Below are positions 1-8,038 of a stretch of 64,000 bases of DNA, in pieces. A program made the translations under genes and the position numbers. Source of the DNA: Planctomycetota bacterium (lineage in GTDB: Bacteria; Planctomycetota; B15-G4). The notes beneath the pieces were generated by a model, which searched no databases, was not told where the DNA came from, and saw nothing but the letters and a program-made list of their open reading frames with translations. Location: the NCBI GenBank assembly GCA_038212275.1, contig JBBQUR010000002.1, forward strand, positions 222,823 through 286,822. Direction: 5' to 3'. Each line of letters opens with the position of its first letter. The first letter of the stretch is position 1.

Positions 1-303
1 GTCTTCGATGCCGAGCTTGCTGGCGGCTTCCTTTGCCTCGGGCGACGCGAGGCGCGCGAAGGCCTTGCTGTGATCCGTGCCTTCCCACTGGGCGAACTGG
101 TCGCCGCCCGCCTCGGACTTGTGGCAGTTCTTGCACTTGGCGGCGCCGATGTACTTGTTGGCACCCGCCGCGCTGGCGCCAGGAACGGCCGCGCGCACCG
201 GCACGGGATCCAGGGATCCGGCAGCAACGAGACCGAGGGCACACGCGGCGACGACGAGTCCGCTCCAGAGGCTTGAAGACAAACCGAGGCACTTCACGCG
301 CAT
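1..303 (-). CDS. Cytochrome c554-family multiheme cytochrome c, N-terminal part (runs off the window edge)
   Basis: Manual translation from ATG 303 (AGGAGG RBS): MRVKCLGL...signal peptide...NKYIGAAKCKNCHKSEAGGDQFAQW...HSKAF. YIGAxxCxxCH..QxxxW..H is typical of c554-type N-termini. The frame is open to base 1. Confidence 0.8.
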   Translation of the reverse strand, partial: MRVKCLGLSSSLWSGLVVAACALGLVAAGSLDPVPVRAAVPGASAAGANKYIGAAKCKNCHKSEAGGDQFAQWEGTDHSKAFARLASPEAKEAASKLGIED

Positions 304-382
304 CTCCTCCTGAACAGGGCCATTCGATTCCCGGCGCAGTCTGTCCCGAAGGTGGGCGCAGCCGCGCAGGGAGAAATATTCC

Positions 383-398
383 GCAACCCTCGTGCCAA
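383..398 (-). promoter_or_regulatory. sigma54 (RpoN) -24/-12 promoter for the c554-like gene
   Basis: Minus strand TTGGCACGAGGGTTGC, a near-perfect TGGCAC-N5-TTGC with GG-N10-GC spacing, about 80 bp upstream of ATG 303. Confidence 0.8.
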
Positions 399-416
399 CT
401 GCGGAGACCGCGAGCT

Positions 417-1325
417 TCAGTCCGGCGGAAGCGATTCGCCAGCCGACGCGACGCCTGTGTCGGGCCACGCCGGGAAATATCCCGCGGCTGCCGCTGCATT
501 CTCATTGCCGCGGAGCGCCGCGCGGACGGCGGCCGCCCAATCGTCGTCCGCTTCGGCGGCCAGATCGGCGCCAAGCCGCCGGAGCTGCGGGGGCGTGCCG
601 AACTGCGCGACCGTTGCCGCGGCCCGGCGCCGCAGGTCGGGCGGGATCTCGCGAGCGCTCACGCACTCCGCAAGCAGCGCCACGGCGGCCGGCTCCCGTG
701 CGCCACGTGTCGCGAGGTCACTCAGCGCAAACTCGGGCAGCGACGCGTGTCCGGTGACGCGCGCATCCGGATCCGGCGGCAGGCGCAAGGCATGTGCAAA
801 CCAGGTCCCCGCCTCGGGCGAGCCGGTGTCCCGGAGCGCACGCAGCAACGCGACGCGCTCGGCGTCGGCATGACCGGGTGCGAAGACCGACGGAGCCAGC
901 TCGGCAAGTCCGCCCCCAGGCTGTCCGGCGATGACGACGAAGTGCTGATAGAGCGCGCGCTCGCTCCCCGGCCGGGGCTGCCTCGGGAACTCGGCCTGAT
1001 CGGAATCCGCAGGCCCGCTCGCCGCCGCGGGCCACGGCGCCTCGGCGTTCGGCTCGAGCGCAACGGCCTGCAGCGCCTCCGCGGCGACGGAGCCTGCACG
1101 GCGGTTCGCCATCGACGCCGCATCCGGCACATCCGGCACATCTGATGAAGGCATCGCGGCGCTCGAGACCGCCTGGCCCGACGCCTCCACTGCGGCCGGC
1201 GGACGCTGCGGTCCGGCGTCCGCCATCACCAGCGCGATGACCGCGGCGACCGTCGCCAGCACGGCAACGGTCGCTGCAAGCATCGCTCCCCGCGTGCCGG
1301 GTGCCCTGTGGGATGCCGTGTTCAC
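417..1325 (-). CDS. Hypothetical membrane-anchored, helical (HEAT-like) protein co-transcribed with the MtrC-like cytochrome
   Basis: GTG start with GGAGG RBS 10 bp after the decaheme stop; N-terminal hydrophobic segment; Ala/Leu-rich helical body; no CxxCH. Confidence 0.6.
   Translation of the reverse strand: MNTASHRAPGTRGAMLAATVAVLATVAAVIALVMADAGPQRPPAAVEASGQAVSSAAMPSSDVPDVPDAASMANRRAGSVAAEALQAVALEPNAEAPWPAAASGPADSDQAEFPRQPRPGSERALYQHFVVIAGQPGGGLAELAPSVFAPGHADAERVALLRALRDTGSPEAGTWFAHALRLPPDPDARVTGHASLPEFALSDLATRGAREPAAVALLAECVSAREIPPDLRRRAAATVAQFGTPPQLRRLGADLAAEADDDWAAAVRAALRGNENAAAAAGYFPAWPDTGVASAGESLPPD
471..504. promoter_or_regulatory. Conserved 34-bp upstream element, copy 1 (candidate enhancer/UAS)
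   Basis: CGGGAAATATCCCGCGGCTGCCGCTGCATTCTCA matches 5166-5199 at 27/34 positions without gaps; about 75 bp upstream of the sigma54 motif at 383-398. Confidence 0.55.
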
Positions 1326-1335
1326 GCACCTCCCG

Positions 1336-4300
1336 TCAACGCGGCTTGTGGACCAGCTCCACGGCGACTTCCTTGCCCTCGCCGTGGCAAAGGGCGCACG
1401 CCTCGGCGCCCGACAACGTCGTCTGCGTCTCGATATGCACCGTGGTCAGGTCGTCGTCGTGGCACGCACTGCAGACCGAGGCCCATTCATGCACTTCCGG
1501 CGTCTGGCCGCCGACGCCGGGGTAGTCGCGATCCGCGGGGCCCTGCCACAGCGTGTTCTCGGTGCCGTGGCACTTGGTGCAGTTCATCGTGCCGCCGGGG
1601 AAGGCCGGGAACTCGACCTCGTCGTACATCGAGGCGGCGCCGCCGAATCCGATCACCTGGTAGGTGCTGGCATTGGCCAGCTCCGCGCCTCGGTGAATCT
1701 TGTGAAGCATCGTGCGGAAATCGATGGTCACGCCGGTCGACGGAGGCGCCGACGTGGTGTCGTACTGCGCCTTGTCCTCGCCGCCCGAGACGCTGTGGCA
1801 GAGCAGGCAGGACTCCACGCCGCGCCGGCCGCCGCCGTGGAACTGCGTGTCGTTGTGGCACGCGTTGCAGTTGGCGGTGGACGAGATGATCTCGTGCGGC
1901 ATCACCTCCGTGGCCGTGGCGCCGTACAGGAAGTTGAAGTCGACCGCGTTCGAGGTGCTCCGGTAGGTCTGCACCTCGCCCTGCAGGGCGACCTGCAGAT
2001 TCTGCGAGAACCACAGCGAGACGACGCAGGTGCCGTCCACGTAGGGCCTGCCGACCCATTCGCCCCACTCCGGACCCAGCGTGTCGGAGTCATTGGGCGG
2101 CGGCTGGTAGAGAGTCTGCAGCGTGTCGCCCGCGTGCCTGCGGTAGCCGAAGACGCCGTCGGTGCGGTAGGTCAGCACGACGCCGTTGCTGTTGGCGGCG
2201 AAGGGCACGACCGACGTGATCGTGCCGTTGGCGGCGTTCAGCGTGTACTGATTGCCGGCGCCCTCCTGCCGGAAGGTCAGCGTGGCCTTGCCCACCGCCG
2301 CGCCGCTGGCGTGTGCGTAACGCACCGGCGACTTGAACCACATGCGCGTCGCGCTCTCGACCCATCCCAGCTGCAGATACTCGCGGGTGCCCAGACCTGC
2401 TGCGCTGTCGAGCACGACGTAGGTCGTCGAGGCGGTCGTGTAGCCAGCCGTGGACGCGACGTCCACGTAGCGCGCGAACGGCGCGACATCGGCACTGAGC
2501 GTCGTCGGGTTGGCCACGGCCGTCACTTCGGAGAGCGCCTGCCGCCCGAAGTAGACGGGCAGGTTGCCCGCCGTGAAAGTCTGCCCGACCATGCCGTTGC
2601 CATCGCCGAGGTACTCGGTCGTGAACTCCATCGGGAACGCGATCGTGTAGCTGGACGCGTCCGGCACGAACTCGTAGTAGATGCGGTCGGGCGTCGGGAG
2701 CGTGCCCGTGAAGGCCGTACGCCCCGCGATGATCCCGAAGAGCACCTGGCTCGCCGGGCCACCGAGGAGCCCCGACACGCCCGTCTCGAAGACCGTCACG
2801 TAGATGGTGTTGCCCGCGGCGAAGGCCGTGCTGCCCGCCGCGACGAGGAACGCGACGGTGCCGTCATCGGAGGTGAAGGCGTTGCTGCCGCTCACCGTGC
2901 TGGGAAGCGTGCCGGAGCCCATGGCCCCGGTCACGGAGCCCGTGACCGTGAAGGCCTGGGGTCCGGAGAAGGTCACGGCGAGGTTCTGAGTCACGGCGTC
3001 GCTGCGGAGAATGAGCGCGGAGAGCGACGAACCGTTCGGGTTTGTGCTCTTGCCGTCCACCGGCTGCAGCGCGCCGCTGCCGAGGCTGCCGCTCACCGTG
3101 CCCGTGACGGTGAACGCCGTGGCCGAGCTGAACTCCACCGTCAGCGTCTCGGCCACCGCAGGGCCGGACGCGACGACCTTGCTCATCGCGCCCTTGCCCG
3201 ACGCGCTCGCGGCCTGCAGGCGGCCCGCGAAGTCGTACGGGCTGAGGCTGACGTTGCTCGTCCCGGTGTACGGCATCATGACCTGCTGGTTGTTCGTCGG
3301 GCCGAGGAGCAACGACACCGAGGCGTCCATCGCGGTCAGGCCGACGGGGTCGCCCTGCTCGGTGCCGAGGCTGAAGACGAGACGGGGCGTGTCGCCCGCC
3401 TGAAACCTGCCGCCGGCTCCGGTGCCACCCACGACGTCCGTGATGTCCACGTCGATGCCCGCACTGATTGCCGGATCTTCGAGCGGATGGGCGTGACCGT
3501 CCACGACGGCAAGCGAGTCGCCCTCCGTGGCGTGGCACACGTTGCAGGAGCTGCTCGGATTGGCCGGCATGATGTCCTGATTGGCTGCATAGGGCCGGTT
3601 CCAGTCGATGTCGTCGTGGCAACTTCCGCACGAGGCGCGGCCCGGCTGCGACTTGTAGAGATCGCCCTGAGCGGGGGCCTGCAGTTCGCCGCTCCCATCC
3701 GGATCGCCGTGGCACTTCAGGCACGTGGTGGCGCCGGCGCGGATCGCGTCCTCCTGGGCCTTCTGGCCCGAGGTCAGCGCCGAGTAGCCGTAGTCCTTCG
3801 GGACATTCGACGTGAGGTTCGGCCAGACCGGGAAGCGGACGAACGAGAAGTCGTTCACGCTGTTCATGAAGCCGACCACCTCATAGGGCGCCGGAGTCGC
3901 GTCATAGTTGCGCGTCCCGTCTTCGTTCGTCGCCACGCCGTTCACCGACGGCAGGTGGTTGGCGTTGTGCAGCTTGTGGATCATCACCCTGAAGTCGATC
4001 GACACTCCGGGCGTGCCGTCCGCCGCCGTCGCCACGTTCTTGTCCTCGGCGCCGGCCGTGTGACACAGGAGGCAGAGCTTCGCCTCGCGGCGCAGGCCGC
4101 CGTGCGCCTGCAGCGACACGTGGCACTGGTTGCAGTTCTCGGTGCTCACGACGTCGCGCGAGGCGATCGCCGGTGTCGTGCCGAGCAGGAAGTCCTTCGT
4201 GGCGTTGCCGACATCGCGGTAGATGGCGCCATCGACGGTGTAGGTCCAGGCCGTGTACATGCCGACGGTGTAGGTGCCACCCAGCAGCGACTCGCCGGCC

Positions 4301-4857
4301 AGCTCGCCGTCCGCGGCCCCGAAGGACGCGCTGTCATTGAGCGGCGGCAGGTAAGCCTCCGGGATCGGCGTCGCGAAGGTGTACTTGTAGGTGGCCACCC
4401 CCACTTTCACCGAGGCTGTCGCCAGGTCGGACTTCTCCGCGAGCACCCGCTGATAGTTGAAGGAAGGGCCCGACATCATGATGCGCGCGGTGCCCATCTC
4501 GGCCAGGCCCCACGAGGAGCCATCGTTCTTCTTGAGCGTGAAGGTGACCGACAGCTTGTCGCCCGGAGCGAAGTGATCGGAGTTCGGCTTGGCCGCCGAC
4601 GCGCTCGGCGCCGCGGCGGACGGCAGTGAACCGCCGGACAGCTCGATGATCTGCAGTTGCACGCCCGGCGCGTCTTCTGCCGGCAGCAGCTGGGTGTCCT
4701 CCGGCGTCGGCTCGGCCGAACTGCCGCCCGATCCGCCGCCGCCGCCGCCGCTGCCGCCACCGCAACCGGCGAGCAGCCCCGCCGTGCAGAACACCACGGC
4801 CATGAACTGCGCGGGGACCGAGATTCGGAAGAAGGAGGGCAAGGCGCTGAACTTCAT
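1336..4857 (-). CDS. MtrC/OmcA-like decaheme c-type cytochrome lipoprotein, 1173 aa
   Basis: Likely start ATG 4857 (AGAGGA RBS); lipobox LLAGC; 10 CxxCH in two blocks of five (CNQCH, CLLCH, CLKCH, CGSCH, CNVCH / CNACH, CLLCH, CTKCH, CSACH, CALCH); IDFRxMxHKxH motifs after hemes 2 and 7, as in the OmcA/MtrC family. Confidence 0.85.
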   Translation of the reverse strand: MKFSALPSFFRISVPAQFMAVVFCTAGLLAGCGGGSGGGGGGSGGSSAEPTPEDTQLLPAEDAPGVQLQIIELSGGSLPSAAAPSASAAKPNSDHFAPGDKLSVTFTLKKNDGSSWGLAEMGTARIMMSGPSFNYQRVLAEKSDLATASVKVGVATYKYTFATPIPEAYLPPLNDSASFGAADGELAGESLLGGTYTVGMYTAWTYTVDGAIYRDVGNATKDFLLGTTPAIASRDVVSTENCNQCHVSLQAHGGLRREAKLCLLCHTAGAEDKNVATAADGTPGVSIDFRVMIHKLHNANHLPSVNGVATNEDGTRNYDATPAPYEVVGFMNSVNDFSFVRFPVWPNLTSNVPKDYGYSALTSGQKAQEDAIRAGATTCLKCHGDPDGSGELQAPAQGDLYKSQPGRASCGSCHDDIDWNRPYAANQDIMPANPSSSCNVCHATEGDSLAVVDGHAHPLEDPAISAGIDVDITDVVGGTGAGGRFQAGDTPRLVFSLGTEQGDPVGLTAMDASVSLLLGPTNNQQVMMPYTGTSNVSLSPYDFAGRLQAASASGKGAMSKVVASGPAVAETLTVEFSSATAFTVTGTVSGSLGSGALQPVDGKSTNPNGSSLSALILRSDAVTQNLAVTFSGPQAFTVTGSVTGAMGSGTLPSTVSGSNAFTSDDGTVAFLVAAGSTAFAAGNTIYVTVFETGVSGLLGGPASQVLFGIIAGRTAFTGTLPTPDRIYYEFVPDASSYTIAFPMEFTTEYLGDGNGMVGQTFTAGNLPVYFGRQALSEVTAVANPTTLSADVAPFARYVDVASTAGYTTASTTYVVLDSAAGLGTREYLQLGWVESATRMWFKSPVRYAHASGAAVGKATLTFRQEGAGNQYTLNAANGTITSVVPFAANSNGVVLTYRTDGVFGYRRHAGDTLQTLYQPPPNDSDTLGPEWGEWVGRPYVDGTCVVSLWFSQNLQVALQGEVQTYRSTSNAVDFNFLYGATATEVMPHEIISSTANCNACHNDTQFHGGGRRGVESCLLCHSVSGGEDKAQYDTTSAPPSTGVTIDFRTMLHKIHRGAELANASTYQVIGFGGAASMYDEVEFPAFPGGTMNCTKCHGTENTLWQGPADRDYPGVGGQTPEVHEWASVCSACHDDDLTTVHIETQTTLSGAEACALCHGEGKEVAVELVHKPR

Positions 4858-4944
4858 GATCCGAGATCCTCTTGTCCTGAAACCGGGTTGAAGGCGGAGT
4901 GCTCTCACAGGAAGCCGAAGGCACGCCCCTCGCGGACTGCTTGA

Positions 4945-4960
4945 GCAATTGGCGTGCCGT
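4945..4960 (-). promoter_or_regulatory. sigma54 -24/-12 promoter for the MtrC-like gene
   Basis: Minus strand ACGGCACGCCAATTGC (GG-N10-GC, GGCAC..TTGC), about 90 bp upstream of ATG 4857. Confidence 0.75.
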
Positions 4961-5165
4961 TCGCTCAATGGAAATGAGCCTTGAATCGCCGGGGCGCACG
5001 CGTTCGGGAGCCTACTCGACATGTCGCGGCCAAACTTTTCCCACTCGCGGCAGCCTCGTCGCCTCGGAACGGAAGCGTGCGCATGCGACTCACGGCAGAG
5101 GCCTGCCTGCCCCCTGCCGACGCGTGCAGCAGCAACTCGGTCATGTCGCCGGCGCTGAGGCGTCC

Positions 5166-5199
5166 CGGGGAAAATCCCGCTGTCGTCACTGCATTCTCA
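5166..5199. promoter_or_regulatory. Conserved 34-bp upstream element, copy 2
   Basis: CGGGGAAAATCCCGCTGTCGTCACTGCATTCTCA; intergenic; 27/34 identical to 471-504. Confidence 0.55.
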
Positions 5200-5230
5200 G
5201 CTGCGGCTTCACTCGGCGCGGCCGCCTCGC

Positions 5231-5303
5231 TGGTGGCATGCCTCACTGGTGGCATGCCTCACTTGTGGCAGCCCTCACTTGTGGCAGCCCTCACTTGTGG
5301 CAG
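5231..5303. repeat. 16-bp tandem repeat, about 4.5 copies, derived from the 3' end of the 13-heme gene
   Basis: TGGTGGCATGCCTCAC x2, TTGTGGCAGCCCTCAC x2, then TTGTGGCAG. On the minus strand each unit contains TGC CAC (A/C)AG TGA (C-H-K/Q-stop). Confidence 0.9.
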
Positions 5304-6331
5304 AAGGTGCAGTCGTCGCCGTTGTCCACGTGCGGCAACGGAGCGGAGATGCCGTGACAGGCCCGGCAATCCATGCCCGGGAAGTGGTTGGGCGGCTGGT
5401 CGGTGGCATCCAGGTGACTGGGCGTGCTCTTGTGGCACACCGAGCAGCTCTCGCTTTGCAGCGGGTAGTGACATGCCATGCAGTGCGTGTCCTGAGGAGC
5501 GCCCCACGCGCCGCTGTTGTGACTCAGCGGCGGAGTGTCGTTGTGGCAACGCACGCAGGAGGACGGTTCGTGGCAGGTCCTGCACGAGTCGCGATCCATG
5601 TCGGCGACGACGCCGTGGCCGCGCAGTCTCCAGAAGTTGTTGTGACTGGCCGGCGGCTGGTCCTGGTGGCACTTGATGCAGGTCTGGTCCGTGTGGCAGA
5701 GGGTGCAGTCGTTCGCGGGCCCCTCGAAATCGCCGCGCACCGCAACGCCGTGTGTCGTCATCCACTGCTGACTGTGATTCGGGGGCATCGTGTCCGTGTT
5801 GATCAGGCTGTGGCAGACCGTGCACGAGGTGTCCTGGCCGACGCTCTGATGGCAGCGGATGCAGTCGTCCATGCGCGGCGACACGGAGGGATCCACGAAG
5901 TCGTTGGTGAGGATCGGCTCGTGGCACGCTTCGCAGGAGGCGCCCGCGCCGACGTGCGTCGCGTGCGAGAACTTCACCTCGTCCGCCAGCGCCGAGGCGC
6001 GGGTCGCGCGGTAGGCATCGCCGTCGAAGAGCGAGGCCACCTGCCGGTCCGGCTCCTTCCCGGCATCCAGCTCCTCGTGGCACAGCGCGCACTGGGCCGG
6101 CTTCACGTCCTGGACGACGTCGCCGTCCTCGTACGCGGAGTGGCAGTCGCTGCAGCTCAGGCCTTCCTCGAGGTGCCGTTCGTGGCTGAAGGCAAGCGGC
6201 TTGTCGCTCAGGCCCAGATACTGCAGCACCGCGCAGCCGGTGATCGCGAGCACGGCCAGGGAGAGAAGCCTGGCCAACCTGCCGCGCGAACCCGGTCGAC
6301 GCCCATCCGTGAGTCTGTCTAGAAGCGCCAT
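5291..6331 (-). CDS. 13-heme c-type cytochrome lipoprotein (c3/c7-like N-terminus), 346 aa
   Basis: Start ATG 6331 overlaps the porin stop; lipobox AITGC; 13 CxxCH counted; two FSH..H..CxxCH class III motifs followed by repeated PPxH..W...H..CxxCH..CxxCH modules. Confidence 0.9.
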   Translation of the reverse strand: MALLDRLTDGRRPGSRGRLARLLSLAVLAITGCAVLQYLGLSDKPLAFSHERHLEEGLSCSDCHSAYEDGDVVQDVKPAQCALCHEELDAGKEPDRQVASLFDGDAYRATRASALADEVKFSHATHVGAGASCEACHEPILTNDFVDPSVSPRMDDCIRCHQSVGQDTSCTVCHSLINTDTMPPNHSQQWMTTHGVAVRGDFEGPANDCTLCHTDQTCIKCHQDQPPASHNNFWRLRGHGVVADMDRDSCRTCHEPSSCVRCHNDTPPLSHNSGAWGAPQDTHCMACHYPLQSESCSVCHKSTPSHLDATDQPPNHFPGMDCRACHGISAPLPHVDNGDDCTFCHK

Positions 6332-7860
6332 GTTGCCTTCGCCGTGAGGGTGTCGAAGTTGTCCACGTCGCTCACTTCGTGATCGATGCCGAGCGACCAC
6401 GTGAGCGTCTTGTCCACGAGATACCGCATCGTCAGGTAGTAGTCGCGCACGTCCTGGCGATCCTCGTTGAGCAGGAAGTCGTTCTTGTACAGCGCGTAGA
6501 ACGAACCGAGCGACATCCGGACGGCCTTGGTCCACTTCCGCGTGAGGTCGACGCCCCACGTCGCGTATTCGGTGTTGTCGTTGCCGTCCCAGAGCTCGCC
6601 GGTCACCGAGAAGTCCAGGTCTTTCGTGACGAAGTCGTGCGTCGTCTCCGTGAGGAAGTAGCGCGTGAACTCGTGGTTGAAGTCGCCCTCGTCGTCGCTG
6701 TTCTTCAGCTTCCGGCCGTCCAGTCCGGCGGTCACGTCGTAGCCGGCTTCGAAGGATTTGCTGGCCAGCACGCGCGCCTGACGGAAGGGTTCGTACTGCG
6801 TCAGCGTGGCGTAGTAAGGATCGAATTCCTCGACCAGGAACTCCTGCGTGCGAAGCAGCTCGTGATACCAGAAGTTCACCAGCCAGCCGGACTCGGGGCG
6901 CACCCACGTCGCGCGCAGATCGAGATCGCGCGGCTTCTCCTCGAGCACGGAGTAGGCGCCTTCCACGTGCACCTCCTTGCCGAACTGCTGGCCGAGTCGC
7001 GCGGCGTAAAGGTCGTTGTTCTCCGAACCCAGCTGCGACTCGCCCTGCTGCACGCCGTTCTCGATGTGCAGCGCGTCGAGGCGCAGCTTGCCGCCCTCCC
7101 ACGGCCGCACCTTGAAGTAACCGCCGACCACCTTGTTGCCCGACGACGACGACTCGTACTCGTAGTCGGACTGACCGAGGTAGGCGCCGTATTGCTGCCG
7201 CGCCGAGCCATCCGGCGCGGTCTCGATGGCCACGCCGTCGAAGCGCACGTACTCGGGCGTGTCGTCGAGCTGCTGGCGGCCGATGCGCAACAGGCTGAAG
7301 CCGTTCTCGTGGAAGTCCGCGTACGCCTCGTACAGGTTGGAGTGCACGGAGTTGGAGTAGGTGTCCTCCAGACCGCCGTACAGGTCCTGGTTGCTGTTCT
7401 TGTCGAGGTCCCACGCGGCCCGGGCCAGCACGTAGCCGGTCACCTCATCCTTGGCCGCGTCACCGATGCTCGTCTCGAGCAGACCGTAGATGTCCGTGTC
7501 GTGCGTGCCGCCCGTGGTCCTTTCCACGAAGCGCAGCCCGAACGATCCGTGCACCACGCCGCTCTCATCGATCTCGCCTTCCTTGCCATCGTCCGTGGTC
7601 GCGCCCGCGGCGGCAGATCCGTACGGCGAGGCAGCGCCGGCAGGAGTTGTTCCCGGCGCGCCCTCGTCCACGGAGACCACGGCACCTTCGCTCCATGCTG
7701 CGGTGTCGCCCGTCTCGCCGGCGCCCGCTGCGCCTTGAGCAGGACTGCCGCCGGCCGGGCCGGCACAACCCGCCATCAGCGAGGCGGACGCCACGCCGGC
7801 AGCCAGTGCAAGGAGGAGGCCGTAGCCCCTGGGTGCCGATGATTCGCCGTGTCTGTCCAC
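6319..7860 (-). CDS. Outer-membrane beta-barrel (porin of a porin-cytochrome complex)
   Basis: Lipobox LMAGC, low-complexity linker, then alternating amphipathic strands rich in Y/F/W/D; C-terminal KATWRF (BamA-type terminal Phe); directly upstream of and overlapping the multiheme gene. Confidence 0.8.
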   Translation of the reverse strand: MDRHGESSAPRGYGLLLALAAGVASASLMAGCAGPAGGSPAQGAAGAGETGDTAAWSEGAVVSVDEGAPGTTPAGAASPYGSAAAGATTDDGKEGEIDESGVVHGSFGLRFVERTTGGTHDTDIYGLLETSIGDAAKDEVTGYVLARAAWDLDKNSNQDLYGGLEDTYSNSVHSNLYEAYADFHENGFSLLRIGRQQLDDTPEYVRFDGVAIETAPDGSARQQYGAYLGQSDYEYESSSSGNKVVGGYFKVRPWEGGKLRLDALHIENGVQQGESQLGSENNDLYAARLGQQFGKEVHVEGAYSVLEEKPRDLDLRATWVRPESGWLVNFWYHELLRTQEFLVEEFDPYYATLTQYEPFRQARVLASKSFEAGYDVTAGLDGRKLKNSDDEGDFNHEFTRYFLTETTHDFVTKDLDFSVTGELWDGNDNTEYATWGVDLTRKWTKAVRMSLGSFYALYKNDFLLNEDRQDVRDYYLTMRYLVDKTLTWSLGIDHEVSDVDNFDTLTAKATWRF

Positions 7861-7911
7861 TGTATTGCCCTGTGTCCCAGACTTCGGGAAGCGTGTCCGG
7901 GCGCCTCTGTC

Positions 7912-7927
7912 GCAACTGTCATGCCGG
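7912..7927 (-). promoter_or_regulatory. sigma54 -24/-12 promoter for the porin/13-heme operon
   Basis: Minus strand CCGGCATGACAGTTGC (GG-N10-GC), about 50 bp upstream of GTG 7860. Confidence 0.7.
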
Positions 7928-8038
7928 TGTCACGCGCGCGAAGGACCTGCGCTTCCGGTGCACTTGCGGGGCCCCCGAAGCGGCACCTGGTCCCGCGAAT
8001 GCGCCCTCCGGCCGCTGCTCCACCGCTCGGATCGCGAA

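Noticed and set aside
1237-4629. 1130-aa plus-strand ORF, and many similar long Arg/Ala/Gly-rich ORFs (e.g. 36811-40131, 41639-44755 part, 28802-31399)
   Set aside because: Antisense or alternate-frame shadows of real genes in very high-GC DNA; no motifs, and composition typical of shadows.
4858-5022. ORF-track N-terminal extension of the decaheme; likewise extensions of gspK, rimO, the BNR protein, ASPIC and tpiA
   Set aside because: Downstream starts have an RBS, signal peptide or family-typical N-terminus, and the decaheme extension runs through its own predicted promoter.
5231-5303. Possible mini-CRISPR array, or read-through adding extra hemes
   Set aside because: The units are contiguous with no spacers and no cas genes. 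Read-through or frameshift gives CH but no additional CxxCH.
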